The translations under genes and the position numbers were made by a program. Under the pieces are notes generated by a model. That model was not told where the DNA came from. It did not search any database and was given only the letters and a program-made list of their open reading frames with translations. A DNA stretch of 64,000 bases from an uncultured Armatimonadetes bacterium (GTDB lineage: Bacteria > Armatimonadota > UBA5829 > DTJY01). The stretch is from positions 1,632,001 to 1,696,000 of the forward strand of contig OY970325.1 in the NCBI GenBank assembly GCA_963717145.1, given 5' to 3'. Below, piece after piece: positions 31,200 through 42,630 of this stretch (positions are counted from its first letter, which is position 1; the number at the start of each line of letters is the position of its first letter).

Positions 31200-33416
31200 C
31201 TAGACGCCTTCCTCATCGGGGACAGTCGCGCGCCGCACCTCCAGAATGTCCGTAATGCTGCCTACAAGCTTTATGAGCCTGCTCAGGTGCTCGACGTCGT
31301 CCAACTCCACGACTAGATCGAAAGCAGCCGTCTTGTCCGAAAATGACTTGATTTTCGCCGAGCAGATATTCGTCTTGCTCTCACTGAAGACCGCCGATAT
31401 GTCGTTCAGCAGCCCGACGCGGTCCATCGCTTCGATATGCAGTCCTGTGCGGAAGCGCTCCCCGCTCGCGTGCCCCCACTCCACCTCTATGAGCCGATCA
31501 GGCTCTCTCTCCATGTACGCGACTAGATTCGAGCAGTCTCTGCGGTGGAGAGTGATACCCCTCCCGCGGGTGACGTAGCCCATCACGTCATCGCCGGGGA
31601 TCGGGGTGCAGCACTTCGAGCGGCGGATTGCGATTCCATCCACACCGCCGGCAACGATGCCGAGCTTCGCCTCGCCGGTCGGTCGCTTGCCGGTGATCGT
31701 CAGCTCGTTGGGAGGGGGCTGAGTCGCCTTCAGCCGATTCATGACCGTCATTGCGGGAATATGGCCGTATCCGATGCCGGCGAACAGATCGTCCTCCGAC
31801 TGGACATTCAGGTGGGCGAGGACACTCTGCACGTGTTCGACTTCGAGAAGCTCCTGGGGATCGAGCCCCTGGCGCTCGATCTCCTTCTCGAGCATCTCCC
31901 GTCCCTTGGCGACGCTCTCGTTGTAACGCAGCTTTCGAAAATGCTGCTTGACCTTGCTGCGGGCGTGCGATGTCTTGACGAAGTTCAGCCAGTCGAGGCT
32001 CGGGGACGCCCCGCTCCTGCGTATGATGTCCAGAATGTCACCGTTGTTGAGGCGATGGCTCAGGGGCACGATCCGACCGTTGACCTTCGCTCCGACGCAG
32101 TGGTTTCCGACGTCGCTGTGGATGCGATATGCGAAGTCCACGGGGGTCGAGCCAGCGGGCAGGTCGATGACGTCGCCCCTCGGAGTGAAGACGAAGACCT
32201 GATCGGTGAACAGGTCCTCCGTGACGGAGTGCAGGAACTCGTTGGCATCCTTGGCGTCGGCCTGCCAGTCGAAGAGCTGCTGACGAAGCCAGGTGAGCTT
32301 ACCCTCGAACTGATCGGCGCTCCCGCCCTCTTTGTACTGCCAGTGAGCCGCGATGCCGAACTCAGACGTGCGGTGCATCTCCCAGGTGCGAATCTGGATC
32401 TCCAAAGGCTCGCCCCCCGGCCCGATGACCTTGGTGTGCAGCGACTGGTACATGTTCGATTTCGGCTTGGCGATGTAGTCGTCGAACCTCTCGCGGATCG
32501 GCATCCACACGTCATGAACGATCCCGAGGGCATGATAGCAATCGCCCACGGTGTCGACGATGATCCTGATGGCGATGAGATCGTATATCTCCCCGAAGTC
32601 GATCTCCTGCTTGAGCATCTTCTCGTAGATGCTGTAGAGGTGCTTCGGCCGCCCCTGGATCTCTGCCTTGATGCCCTCCCGCTCGAGCCGCGCCTTTATG
32701 AAATCCACGACTTCCTTGAGACTGCTTTCACGGTCACGGCGAGTGCGGGACACCTTCTCGACTATATCCTCGTAATCATCGGGCTGAGCATACTTGAACG
32801 CCAGGTCCTCAAGCTGCCACTTGATCTGCCAGATTCCGAGACGGTGTGCCAGCGGCGCATAGATCTGCAGGGTCTCCGTCGCGACTTTGAGTTGGCGCTC
32901 TCTGGGCAGTGCGGAAAGGGTGCGCATGTTGTGCAGGCGGTCGGCCAGCTTTATTACCATGACACGGAAGTCTCGGGCCATCGCGAGGAAGATCTTCCGG
33001 AGGTTCTCTGCGCTTCGATTGACCTCCGCATGGCGCTTCTTCCGATCCTCGGGGTCGGCCTCTCTCGGCTCGAAATCGGCAAGTTTCAGCTTGGTGACGC
33101 CGTCTACGAGGGTCGCGATCTCCTTGTCGAAGGTCTTGGCAAGTTCATTGAACTCGACATGCGCATCTTCGATGACATCATGGAGAAAAGCAGCGGCGAT
33201 GCTCTTGGTGTCCATTTCGAGGTCGGCAAGGATGTTGGCGGTCTCCATCGGATGGTTGATGTATGGCTCACCGGAAAGGCGCTTGTGGTCCCTGTGGGCC
33301 TCGGACGCGAATTCGAAGGCCCGCCTCAGGAGGTCCAAGTCGGCATTCGGACTGTATCGCGTTACCTTGTCGATAACGGTATCTATCGAGATCGCGAGTT
33401 TTTCCTGAAGAGCCAT
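31200..33416 (-). CDS. rel: Bifunctional (p)ppGpp synthetase/hydrolase (long RSH)
   Basis: [42 protein letters not shown] and ACT domains. Confidence 0.97.
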   Translation of the reverse strand: MALQEKLAISIDTVIDKVTRYSPNADLDLLRRAFEFASEAHRDHKRLSGEPYINHPMETANILADLEMDTKSIAAAFLHDVIEDAHVEFNELAKTFDKEIATLVDGVTKLKLADFEPREADPEDRKKRHAEVNRSAENLRKIFLAMARDFRVMVIKLADRLHNMRTLSALPRERQLKVATETLQIYAPLAHRLGIWQIKWQLEDLAFKYAQPDDYEDIVEKVSRTRRDRESSLKEVVDFIKARLEREGIKAEIQGRPKHLYSIYEKMLKQEIDFGEIYDLIAIRIIVDTVGDCYHALGIVHDVWMPIRERFDDYIAKPKSNMYQSLHTKVIGPGGEPLEIQIRTWEMHRTSEFGIAAHWQYKEGGSADQFEGKLTWLRQQLFDWQADAKDANEFLHSVTEDLFTDQVFVFTPRGDVIDLPAGSTPVDFAYRIHSDVGNHCVGAKVNGRIVPLSHRLNNGDILDIIRRSGASPSLDWLNFVKTSHARSKVKQHFRKLRYNESVAKGREMLEKEIERQGLDPQELLEVEHVQSVLAHLNVQSEDDLFAGIGYGHIPAMTVMNRLKATQPPPNELTITGKRPTGEAKLGIVAGGVDGIAIRRSKCCTPIPGDDVMGYVTRGRGITLHRRDCSNLVAYMEREPDRLIEVEWGHASGERFRTGLHIEAMDRVGLLNDISAVFSESKTNICSAKIKSFSDKTAAFDLVVELDDVEHLSRLIKLVGSITDILEVRRATVPDEEGV

Positions 33417-33419
33417 GAG

Positions 33420-33578
33420 ACCCCTTCGGCCGGCTATGTCTGCGCCTCTCCTTACGAGGGAGGGGCCGGCCTCTCTGCGCCCCTCCTTACGAAGGAGGGG
33501 CCGGCCAGCAGGCCGGGGGAGGTTCGCACGCAGAAACCCCCTCGGCCCAGAGGCCGGTCCCCCTTCGCAAGGGGGACA
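33420..33578. repeat. GC-rich hairpin cluster with ~35-bp tandem duplication
   Basis: ggccggc..tctgcgccYctccttacgaRggagggg twice, then gtcccccttcgcaagggggac. Confidence 0.75.
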
Positions 33579-33596
33579 TTGATGTCCACTCGCAGT

Positions 33597-35354
33597 CTAT
33601 GCGTATTCCGAGGGCAGCACGTCCCCCATCCTGTCCTCGGATACGCGCGCGTCGCGCAGGATCAACTGCACATTCCGGCGACCATTGTAATCATTGAGTC
33701 TTGCATTATAGCAGGTATCGAGCATACTTCCCAGGCGGATCGACTGCTCCGCGGGCCCCCACCCGAATCCCACGCAATCGACCGTCCGCCCGGCGGGAAT
33801 CCCCAGCTTGAGCTTCAGGTGCGCGTTCGTCGCGCCCATCGTATTCTTGTGTTGAACGGATGCGTTACGCGTCATGAACACCGGCTCGCGATTACAGTGA
33901 CCATAGGGTTCGAGGAGGTTCAACTCGGAAACCAGGTCCTGAGTGATCGATTCGAGGTCGATCTCGGCGTCCACTTCGACATGCGGCACAAGATCACACT
34001 CCGCCAGTATTGCGTCAGCCACGCGGTTGATGGCGCAGTCGAACTCCCCGAGATTGCACGTGCTGATCGAAAGCCCGGCCGCCTTCGAGTGCCCCCCAAA
34101 GCGATCGAGCAGCCCGCCGCACTCGACCAGCGCCTCGAGCATGTCGAACTCGGCGATGCTTCTGGCGGAACCGACGCCCGTCTGGCCGGTTTCGTCCAGG
34201 GCAATCATTATCGTCGGACGGCTGTAAGTCTCCGCCAGCTTGCCGGCCACGATTCCAACGACTCCCGGATGCCAGCCGGTCGAGGAAAGCACTAGCACTC
34301 TCGCGGTCTCAATGAGCCGCTTGGTCTCGATCTGGTCGACTGCTTCCTGCAGGATTCTGGACTGCTCGGTCTGACGCGCCCGATTGCAGGCCTCGAGGGC
34401 GTCGGCAATACTGGCGGCTTCGGCGTCATCCCGGGTCAGCAGCAGATCGACTGCGAGGGACGCATCATCCAACCGGCCGGCGGCATTCAGTCGCGGCCCG
34501 AGGACAAATGCGAGATTCTGGCTCGTGATCGGCTTTCCCGCGAGGCCGGATCGCTCCAACAAGGCTCTGACGCCCCTCTTGCCGGAACGAGGGATCTCTT
34601 CGATGCCGTACTTCACGAGGACCCGGTTCTCGTCGAGCAGCGGAACGATATCCGCGACCGTACCGATCGCCACGATGTCCATGAACCTGCCGCGGTACGC
34701 ATCTACATCGTAGCCACTCTCGCGGACGAGCGCTTCTGCGAACTTGAACGCGACTCCGACGCCCGCGAGGTCCTTGAAGGGATATGGACAGCCGGGTTTC
34801 CTCGGGTTGATAAGTGCAAGCACCTCGGCGATGTGATCCCCCGGCTCGTGGTGGTCGGTGACGATGACGTCCATTCCGTACGAGCGCGCAAGATCGGCGG
34901 CCTCAAAGGCGGATGTCCCGCAGTCGGCCGTGATGATGAGGCCAACTCCCCGTTCCCTGGCGACTTCGATGGCCGGACTCCGCAGATCATATCCCTCGCG
35001 CTGCCGATGCGGAACGTACCAGTTCACGTCGGCTCCGATGGCCGTCAGGACTCGAACGAGGAGCGCCGTGCTGGTGATGCCGTCCACGTCGTAGTCGCCG
35101 TGGATCATGATCTTCTCGCCCGATCCGATCGCCCGGCGGGTCCGCTCGACTGCGATTTCCATGCCGTCGAGCAGTCCGGGATCATGGAGGTTGGACATGC
35201 TGGGGTTGAGGTACCGGCGAACCTGATCCGGAGTGCGAATCCCTCGGTTCCAGAGCACTCGACTGAGTATCCGAGACGCCGGGACGCTCTGGACGAATGA
35301 GTCGTCCATCTCCACGTCGGGCTGCGCTATCTTCCAGTGTTTCGTGCCAAGCAT
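33597..35354 (-). CDS. recJ: ssDNA-specific exonuclease RecJ
   Basis: GDYDVDG, TADCG, TDHH, GTVADIV, PRLNAAGR, GSARS, FGGH. Confidence 0.96.
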   Translation of the reverse strand: MLGTKHWKIAQPDVEMDDSFVQSVPASRILSRVLWNRGIRTPDQVRRYLNPSMSNLHDPGLLDGMEIAVERTRRAIGSGEKIMIHGDYDVDGITSTALLVRVLTAIGADVNWYVPHRQREGYDLRSPAIEVARERGVGLIITADCGTSAFEAADLARSYGMDVIVTDHHEPGDHIAEVLALINPRKPGCPYPFKDLAGVGVAFKFAEALVRESGYDVDAYRGRFMDIVAIGTVADIVPLLDENRVLVKYGIEEIPRSGKRGVRALLERSGLAGKPITSQNLAFVLGPRLNAAGRLDDASLAVDLLLTRDDAEAASIADALEACNRARQTEQSRILQEAVDQIETKRLIETARVLVLSSTGWHPGVVGIVAGKLAETYSRPTIMIALDETGQTGVGSARSIAEFDMLEALVECGGLLDRFGGHSKAAGLSISTCNLGEFDCAINRVADAILAECDLVPHVEVDAEIDLESITQDLVSELNLLEPYGHCNREPVFMTRNASVQHKNTMGATNAHLKLKLGIPAGRTVDCVGFGWGPAEQSIRLGSMLDTCYNARLNDYNGRRNVQLILRDARVSEDRMGDVLPSEYA

Positions 35355-35407
35355 ATCAGAGTAACCCAGTCGAAAGTCGAAGCGGTGAACCATCGCCGCA
35401 CGCTTAC

Positions 35408-35436
35408 ATAGTAATCCTTTTTCGAGGTGAAGGCAA
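35408..35436 (-). promoter_or_regulatory. Possible sigma70 promoter for recJ-rel
   Basis: TTGCCT-N17-TACTAT. Confidence 0.5.
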
Positions 35437-35443
35437 TACGGTT

Positions 35444-36919
35444 GTAACAGTTCACGCTTGGGGATAACGAGTTTGATCAGGCGGGGAAGAGGACAGACTT
35501 GCCTGCGAGCAGTTGCCTGCAGGACTCGAGCATGTCCAGCCCTCGGACGTGCCATGTGCCAAACAGACTCATGAGCGTCATCTTTGTCTCGGAACCCTTC
35601 GCGCTTCGTGTGCCTCCGCATACCTTGCGGGCGATCACACACGGCCTCAGCGCTCGTTCTGCGCCATTGTTGTCCGACGGTACTTCCGGGTACTCTACGA
35701 ACATGAACAACTCATGCAAGCGATCCGTCAATCTCTTTGCCAGCACCTGCTGTGGAACCTCTAAGCCGACATACGGACCTGAGAGCGTCTCTACCTCTTC
35801 CTCGAAGAGCACTCGCTTCCACTTGCGAACCTCCGCCTTCTTGCTCCGGAACTTCTTTGCCTGATCGTAAACACCCTTCACCGCATCCGCCCATGATATG
35901 ACGTCCGGGTTATCGGCGTTCTTCTCCTTCAGTTTGTGCAGTTCCCTGGCCAGATGTGCCCAGCATATCTGACGGTCTGCAACTACGGGGTTGTATCCGG
36001 CGTAGCAATCCGTTACCACCACCCCTTCGTAGTCGCCGCCTATCGTTTCCTTAGGTATCTCTCCGCTCCGACTCCGCCGGTAGATGAAGTATCGCACGTT
36101 CTTAGTGGAGAAGGTCCAGATGTATCCGTTGAGCCCGTCCTCTCTCCAGCCCGTCTCGTCTGCGTTTATGTATGGACTTCCGCGTACAAGCGATAGAAGT
36201 CCCTTCATCTCGCCTCTGCCACAGCCTGCCACCGTGTGCAATATCTCGCTTATCTCTCCCACAGAGAGATGAAGACGATACAGAGCCTTCAGCAACCCCT
36301 GTATCGTTCGCTTTGTCATACGGCCTACTGTCGAAAGATACGATATCAGGCTCATCAGGTTCACGCCTACTCGATGCTTGCCTACAACCTGGCTCGACAG
36401 GTCAACCTTCGGCACATGCGCCTTGCCACAGTATCCGCATCTTCTGGCGATGAATCTGTGCTCGACTATGTCCACAGGCACGATCGGTATATCAATAACC
36501 TGGCGGACTCTCTTTACCGTGCCCTCCGTGAGTGCCCGACCGCAGTCCGGACACTTCGAGTGCGCATGCTCGACTACACGGGTGGGGGTCTCCCGCCTGC
36601 GAACGAACGACTTCTGGCGCTTCTTTCGTTCGGCTGCCCGGCGCTCTTTGCGGTTCGGCTTGACCCAGTCAGGTATGGGGGTGGAACTGCCGCCACCCGA
36701 GAGCTTTGCCTTGAGATCCTCCAGTTCCTTGACGAGACGCTGGATCATCTCCCGCTGCTCCAGGACAATGCCCACCAATTCTTCTCTTGTCAGACCGTCG
36801 AACTCTTCCACACAGGCATGTTCCACCCGCCCGGCCAAGGGTCCTTCCTATTGCAAGCCGACAATGTCGGAAAAACTCTCACTGCTCTCGCAAAATGATC
36901 CACAAGCCTGAACTGTTAC
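35444..36919 (-). mobile_element. IS66-family element, single-ORF (ISBst12-like)
   Basis: Terminal IRs GTAACAGTTCACGCTTGGGGAT / GTAACAGTTCAGGCTTGTGGAT (20/22); perfect 8-bp TSD ATACGGTT at 35436-35443 and 36920-36927. Confidence 0.95.
35477..36838 (-). CDS. IS66-family transposase (true start may be ~30 nt downstream)
   Basis: CPDCG zinc finger, ADETGW, VTDCYAGY, QICWAHL.R, DNNGAERALR. Confidence 0.94.
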   Translation of the reverse strand: MAGRVEHACVEEFDGLTREELVGIVLEQREMIQRLVKELEDLKAKLSGGGSSTPIPDWVKPNRKERRAAERKKRQKSFVRRRETPTRVVEHAHSKCPDCGRALTEGTVKRVRQVIDIPIVPVDIVEHRFIARRCGYCGKAHVPKVDLSSQVVGKHRVGVNLMSLISYLSTVGRMTKRTIQGLLKALYRLHLSVGEISEILHTVAGCGRGEMKGLLSLVRGSPYINADETGWREDGLNGYIWTFSTKNVRYFIYRRSRSGEIPKETIGGDYEGVVVTDCYAGYNPVVADRQICWAHLARELHKLKEKNADNPDVISWADAVKGVYDQAKKFRSKKAEVRKWKRVLFEEEVETLSGPYVGLEVPQQVLAKRLTDRLHELFMFVEYPEVPSDNNGAERALRPCVIARKVCGGTRSAKGSETKMTLMSLFGTWHVRGLDMLESCRQLLAGKSVLFPA

Positions 36920-36933
36920 ATACGGTTCGGGCG

Positions 36934-36971
36934 AAAAACAAATGCCCCGACGACGGGTGTCGTCGAGGCAT
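36934..36971 (-). terminator. Rho-independent terminator after secDF
   Basis: ATGCCTCGACGAC-ACCC-GTCGTCGGGGCAT followed by TTGTTTTT on minus strand. Confidence 0.75.
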
Positions 36972-37024
36972 CGAGACGAGACCGGTGTCCCCTGACGACT
37001 GAAGTCGTCAGGGGATCGGCAGTC

Positions 37025-39454
37025 TTAGAATCTCCTCTTGCGCCTCTTGGCGGCAGATGCCTTCGCCTTGGCGGCTGCCTCGACCGCACCTGCCTCTGCA
37101 GATGCCTGACCGTCGCCACCATCAGACGTGGCACCGACGGTAACCATGGCGCGCTCCTCGACTCCGGCTCCGGCGACTCTGGTCTTATCTGTGAGTCTGT
37201 TCCAGAGCACCAGGAGCTGGCTTGCGTTGAAGATCGACGAGTACGTTCCACTGATGATACCGATCAGCAGTGCCGCTACGAACTGATGAATGACCGGGTC
37301 GCCGAAAATCTGCAGGGCCGTCAGTGTGAGTACAACGGTCAACGACGTGTTGATTGACCTGGCGAGAGACTGCACGATGCTCTTGTTCACCAACCCATCG
37401 AACGATTCCCCCTTGGCTCGATGGCGCAGGTTCTCACGGATTCGGTCAAAGATGACGATCGTGTCATGAACCGAGAATCCGATGATAGTCAGCAGCGCAG
37501 TGACGAACAGGCTGTCGATCTCCCAGCCAAGGAACTTGCCGAAGATCGCGAATGCGCCAATCACGATGCCTACATCGTGCAGCAGCGCGATGATCGCGCA
37601 TATGCCGAACCGGAGCCCGTAGGCCAGTCCATAGATCGCAAACCTGCCCGTAAGATATAGCACAATCGCAAGGGATGCGAACAGCACCGCCTTGATGGCG
37701 TTTGCAGTCAACTCCCGGCTGATCGTCGGTCCGACGGTCTCGAGCTTTGGCATCGTGAAATCGCCGACTTCGCTCTTCAACTCTGCGGATATGCTGGCCA
37801 ACTCCTCCTCGGTCATATGCTTGGTGCGGACGAAGACTTCTTTCGGGTCTTCCGTCGACTTCTGGACCATAGTGCCTGTGAAGCCGGCTTTCTCGAATAC
37901 GTCCTGGACCTGCGCACGAGTGACCGACTCCTTGAACTCTATCTGCATCAGGCTTCCACCAGTGAAGTCGATGCCGGGCTTCAGGGTGCCGGCGCCGAGC
38001 CAGAAGTACAGGCCCGGGATCAGAAGCAGGGCGCTGAAAGCGAAGTAGTAGTACATACGCCCAACGATGTTTACACTATGACCCGTCTTGCCCGAAACCC
38101 ACTGTCGTCCGAGGCCGAACCACACCGGATTCGTCGCCATGCCGGTGTTCACGAGCAGATACAGCATCGATCTCGTGACCGTTATTGCCGTGAACATGCT
38201 GATGGCCACACCAAGAAGCAGTACGGTGGCGAATCCCCGGATCGGACCTGTGCCGTAGTACCACAGGATCACGCATGTGATAGCCGTGCACATATTCGAG
38301 TCGAAGATCGAGGTAAACGCTCGGGAGAAACCTGCATCGATAGCTGCTCTCAGCGTCTTCCCGTTCCGCAATTCCTCTTTGAGCCGCTCGAATATCAGAA
38401 TATTGGCATCTACCGCCATGCCGATTGACAGGATGAACGCAGCAATGCCCGGCAACGTCAAGGTTACCGGAATGGCCTTGAAGAGCGCCATGGTGAGCAA
38501 TGCGTAGATCACCAGAGCGATGTCCGCCAACAGGCCGGGCAGCAGGTAGTAGCCCATCATGAAGAGAACCACGATGGCCAGACCGATGGCACCGGCATGC
38601 ACGCTCCGGTCCACCGAGTCACGACCGAGGGAAGCCTCGACACTCTGCTTTTGCACTATTTCGAGGGGTACCGGGAGAGCACCCGCCTTCAGCAGGTTGG
38701 CTAGTCGCGTGGCCTCCTGAACATCCTTGAACCCGCCTTCGATGATCGCTTTGCCATCGAGGATCGCGTTCCTGATCGTCGGGGCGCTGATGACTTTGTT
38801 ATCGAGTATGATGGCGAGGTAGTCGTTCACGTGCGTTCTGGTGAAGTCGGCGAACGCCTTGCGACCTTCTCTGTTGAACTCGATGGCGACATAGTCCTGG
38901 AAGGTCGACGGACTCCTCTGAGCCTCGGCATTCGGCTTGAGGTCTTTACCAGTGAGAATGATCGGCGATTCCTCGAGGACCTTGGCAATCGGAATGTCGT
39001 TTCCGCTCTTGTCCGTAAAGACATATTTCTCGGTGCCGTCGTCCTGCATCTCGATATCCATCTTGTACGGAGCCATCGGATGCCGCTGGCTCTTGACGTT
39101 CTTGAAGTAGCGGAACTCCATCTGAGCCGTGGACTTCAGGGTATCGATAGCTTCCTGCGGATTCTTGATGGCGGGGAGTTCAACGACTATCTGCTTGTCA
39201 CCCTTGGGCTGGATCAGGACCTCGCCGTAGCCGCCGCCGTTTACGCGATTATCGATAATCTTGACGACCGCTTGCAGCTTCTCCTGGTCCCACTTCTCGG
39301 TTGGAGGAAGCTTCTCGGTCCGAGCTTCGAGTACCAGTCGTGTTCCACCGGCGATGTCGAGGCCCTGCTTGGTGGGCTTCTTGATGATGGTCACAATGGA
39401 CACTGCGACCAGCACCAACGTCATTAGGAAGATCCAGAGTTGCCTATTCTTCAA
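37025..39454 (-). CDS. secDF: Protein translocase SecDF fusion
   Basis: GLDIAGG, GALP, GMAVDANILIFER, GIDFTGG, GFSVHDTIVIFDRIRE. Confidence 0.96.
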   Translation of the reverse strand: MKNRQLWIFLMTLVLVAVSIVTIIKKPTKQGLDIAGGTRLVLEARTEKLPPTEKWDQEKLQAVVKIIDNRVNGGGYGEVLIQPKGDKQIVVELPAIKNPQEAIDTLKSTAQMEFRYFKNVKSQRHPMAPYKMDIEMQDDGTEKYVFTDKSGNDIPIAKVLEESPIILTGKDLKPNAEAQRSPSTFQDYVAIEFNREGRKAFADFTRTHVNDYLAIILDNKVISAPTIRNAILDGKAIIEGGFKDVQEATRLANLLKAGALPVPLEIVQKQSVEASLGRDSVDRSVHAGAIGLAIVVLFMMGYYLLPGLLADIALVIYALLTMALFKAIPVTLTLPGIAAFILSIGMAVDANILIFERLKEELRNGKTLRAAIDAGFSRAFTSIFDSNMCTAITCVILWYYGTGPIRGFATVLLLGVAISMFTAITVTRSMLYLLVNTGMATNPVWFGLGRQWVSGKTGHSVNIVGRMYYYFAFSALLLIPGLYFWLGAGTLKPGIDFTGGSLMQIEFKESVTRAQVQDVFEKAGFTGTMVQKSTEDPKEVFVRTKHMTEEELASISAELKSEVGDFTMPKLETVGPTISRELTANAIKAVLFASLAIVLYLTGRFAIYGLAYGLRFGICAIIALLHDVGIVIGAFAIFGKFLGWEIDSLFVTALLTIIGFSVHDTIVIFDRIRENLRHRAKGESFDGLVNKSIVQSLARSINTSLTVVLTLTALQIFGDPVIHQFVAALLIGIISGTYSSIFNASQLLVLWNRLTDKTRVAGAGVEERAMVTVGATSDGGDGQASAEAGAVEAAAKAKASAAKRRKRRF

Positions 39455-39540
39455 AGTATCATATCCTCCCCGGTATACCCGTTGCGGCGTAGTATGCCGG
39501 GCTCGCGAAACTGTCGCGGAACCGGCGGCACAACGGACTC

Positions 39541-39569
39541 ATTATACAGACGGCGTGTCACGTTGTCAA
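39541..39569 (-). promoter_or_regulatory. Consensus sigma70 promoter for secDF
   Basis: TTGACA-N17-TATAAT, perfect match. Confidence 0.85.
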
Positions 39570-39588
39570 TGTAACGAACCGCTGCTAC

Positions 39589-40251
39589 TTACAGATCGTG
39601 ATCGTTGATCACGAGCTTGAACCTGCATCCGAGGACATCCGCAGCACGCCTGCACATGACCATTCGGAGCAGGAATATCTCAAAATACTCCATCACAGTG
39701 GCCGAGTCGGTATCGACCGTCAACTCCAGCCTGATGTCGTGGTTCTCCGCATCGACTCGCAGATACGACCTGTGGACCGCATGGTTCACCCTGTCGTGTA
39801 TGTCGAAAGTCAACGGATTGGGATTCTGCACGCGCGAGAAGTGAACGTCGGACTTGTCGCCGATGATCACGGCGGCCGTGACCGGGTTGATCGGGAAGCC
39901 GTTGTCCTCCTCGTGGTTTCCGATTGCGCCCATTATGATGGCGATCTCGGCCACATCCATGCCCAGATCGGTCAGGATCGAATGTGCGAGCAATGCCCCC
40001 GTTTCCGGATGATTACATCGGTTGATGACGTTTCCGATATCGTGAAGATAGCCGGCGATCGCGGCCAGTTCGGAGTCCCTGCGAGGGAGACCGAGTTGGC
40101 GCGGAATGCCTCTGGCCACTCCGGCGACGATCCCCGCATGGCGGAATCCGTGCTCGGTATATCCGATCGCCGACATCTGTTCGTTTGCTTTTTCAATATG
40201 GGTTCGAACTCCGGGATCGCGTTTCACGTCCCTGAGCGTCAATTGAGCCAC
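39589..40251 (-). CDS. HD-domain phosphohydrolase
   Basis: GYTEHGFRH, LHDIG, GNHEE, DKSD, DIHDRVN. Confidence 0.88.
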   Translation of the reverse strand: MAQLTLRDVKRDPGVRTHIEKANEQMSAIGYTEHGFRHAGIVAGVARGIPRQLGLPRRDSELAAIAGYLHDIGNVINRCNHPETGALLAHSILTDLGMDVAEIAIIMGAIGNHEEDNGFPINPVTAAVIIGDKSDVHFSRVQNPNPLTFDIHDRVNHAVHRSYLRVDAENHDIRLELTVDTDSATVMEYFEIFLLRMVMCRRAADVLGCRFKLVINDHDL

Positions 40252-40295
40252 TTTCTTTCGTTCTCCTGCGGGTCTGTTTCCACTTGCGCGGACAT

Positions 40296-41493
<1,198 letters not shown>

Positions 41494-41583
41494 CTCCTGC
41501 ACCCTCGGACACAGAGAAACGCCATGCGCAATCACTACTTGGCTGCGCATGGCGCATAGAGAATCTGATCAGTTGTGTATCTC

Positions 41584-42498
41584 TCAAGCGGCCGGCCGCA
41601 GGCGCTGAAGCCGGTCTTCAGCTTCCGGATTGCTCCTGTTCATCTCGAGCACCCGAGTCAATTCCTCACGAGCCTCGTCGAGTCGCCCGTCCCGCTCGTA
41701 TGCCGAGGCGAGATTCATGTGCGCGCCTACGAAGCCCGGGTTGATCTCGATAGCCTTCTGGAACTGCCCGATGGCCTGGTCGATCATGTCCTGCCAGAGG
41801 TAACTCTGGCCGAGGTAGTTCCGCAAGTCGGCGTAGTGAGGATGCAGGGCAACCGCTTCTCGCAGCACTCCGGCCGCCTCGGGAAACATCGATTCCCTCA
41901 GGTACTCGAGGCCCTTCTCCAGCAGTTGAGCACTGGCATCTACGTCAGTCTCCACGAGATCCTCGAGCAGGATCACAGCCTGGCGAATGTCACCCGAATT
42001 CCAAGCCTTCAGTGCCTGGTGGTACCGGGCATCTGCATAGGCGGGCTGAGCCTCAACGACATCGTTGGCATATCTCATCCCGCCGGCGTCCTCCTCCATC
42101 AGCAGGCTGAGGCCCAGATACATCATGGCCTTGTAGTATTTCGGGTTGATGGAGATAGCTTTCTCGAACAACGGCCTGGAATCCGCGAACTTGCCGCACT
42201 TGTAGTACACGACACCAAGATGGAAGTTGAGATCGGCATACTGAGGGTGGAGCAGAAGGGCGAACTTCAGTTCCTCCTCGGCACGAAAGTACATTCGCAT
42301 GTGAAGATGGGCGAGGCCGAGATTCGCGTAGGACTCGCCCATATAGAATGAGGCAAGCTTCCGCTCAGGCGCGTCCGCCCCAGGCACGGTCTTCAATACG
42401 TGCTCGAACTCGACGATGGCTTCGGTATACAGTCCCTGGTCATAGAAATCTATGCCTCTGCTGTAGGACTCGTTACGGGCATTCCCTGTCTGTGTCAC
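41584..42498 (-). CDS. TPR protein
   Basis: Repeated HPxYADL..LG and KAIxINP TPR units; GGAGG before GTG 42498. Confidence 0.85.
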   Translation of the reverse strand: MTQTGNARNESYSRGIDFYDQGLYTEAIVEFEHVLKTVPGADAPERKLASFYMGESYANLGLAHLHMRMYFRAEEELKFALLLHPQYADLNFHLGVVYYKCGKFADSRPLFEKAISINPKYYKAMMYLGLSLLMEEDAGGMRYANDVVEAQPAYADARYHQALKAWNSGDIRQAVILLEDLVETDVDASAQLLEKGLEYLRESMFPEAAGVLREAVALHPHYADLRNYLGQSYLWQDMIDQAIGQFQKAIEINPGFVGAHMNLASAYERDGRLDEAREELTRVLEMNRSNPEAEDRLQRLRPAA

Positions 42499-42630
42499 GT
42501 GGATGGCACCTCCAATAAGCGTGCGTGGGAGCATAGCTGGTTGAGTGTTAGGCGATGTGTCCCCACTGGTCATATTATCGGCGGCTGTGTCGCGAGTCTG
42601 AAGGGACGGAGGCGAATGGTGTCGGTCGAG

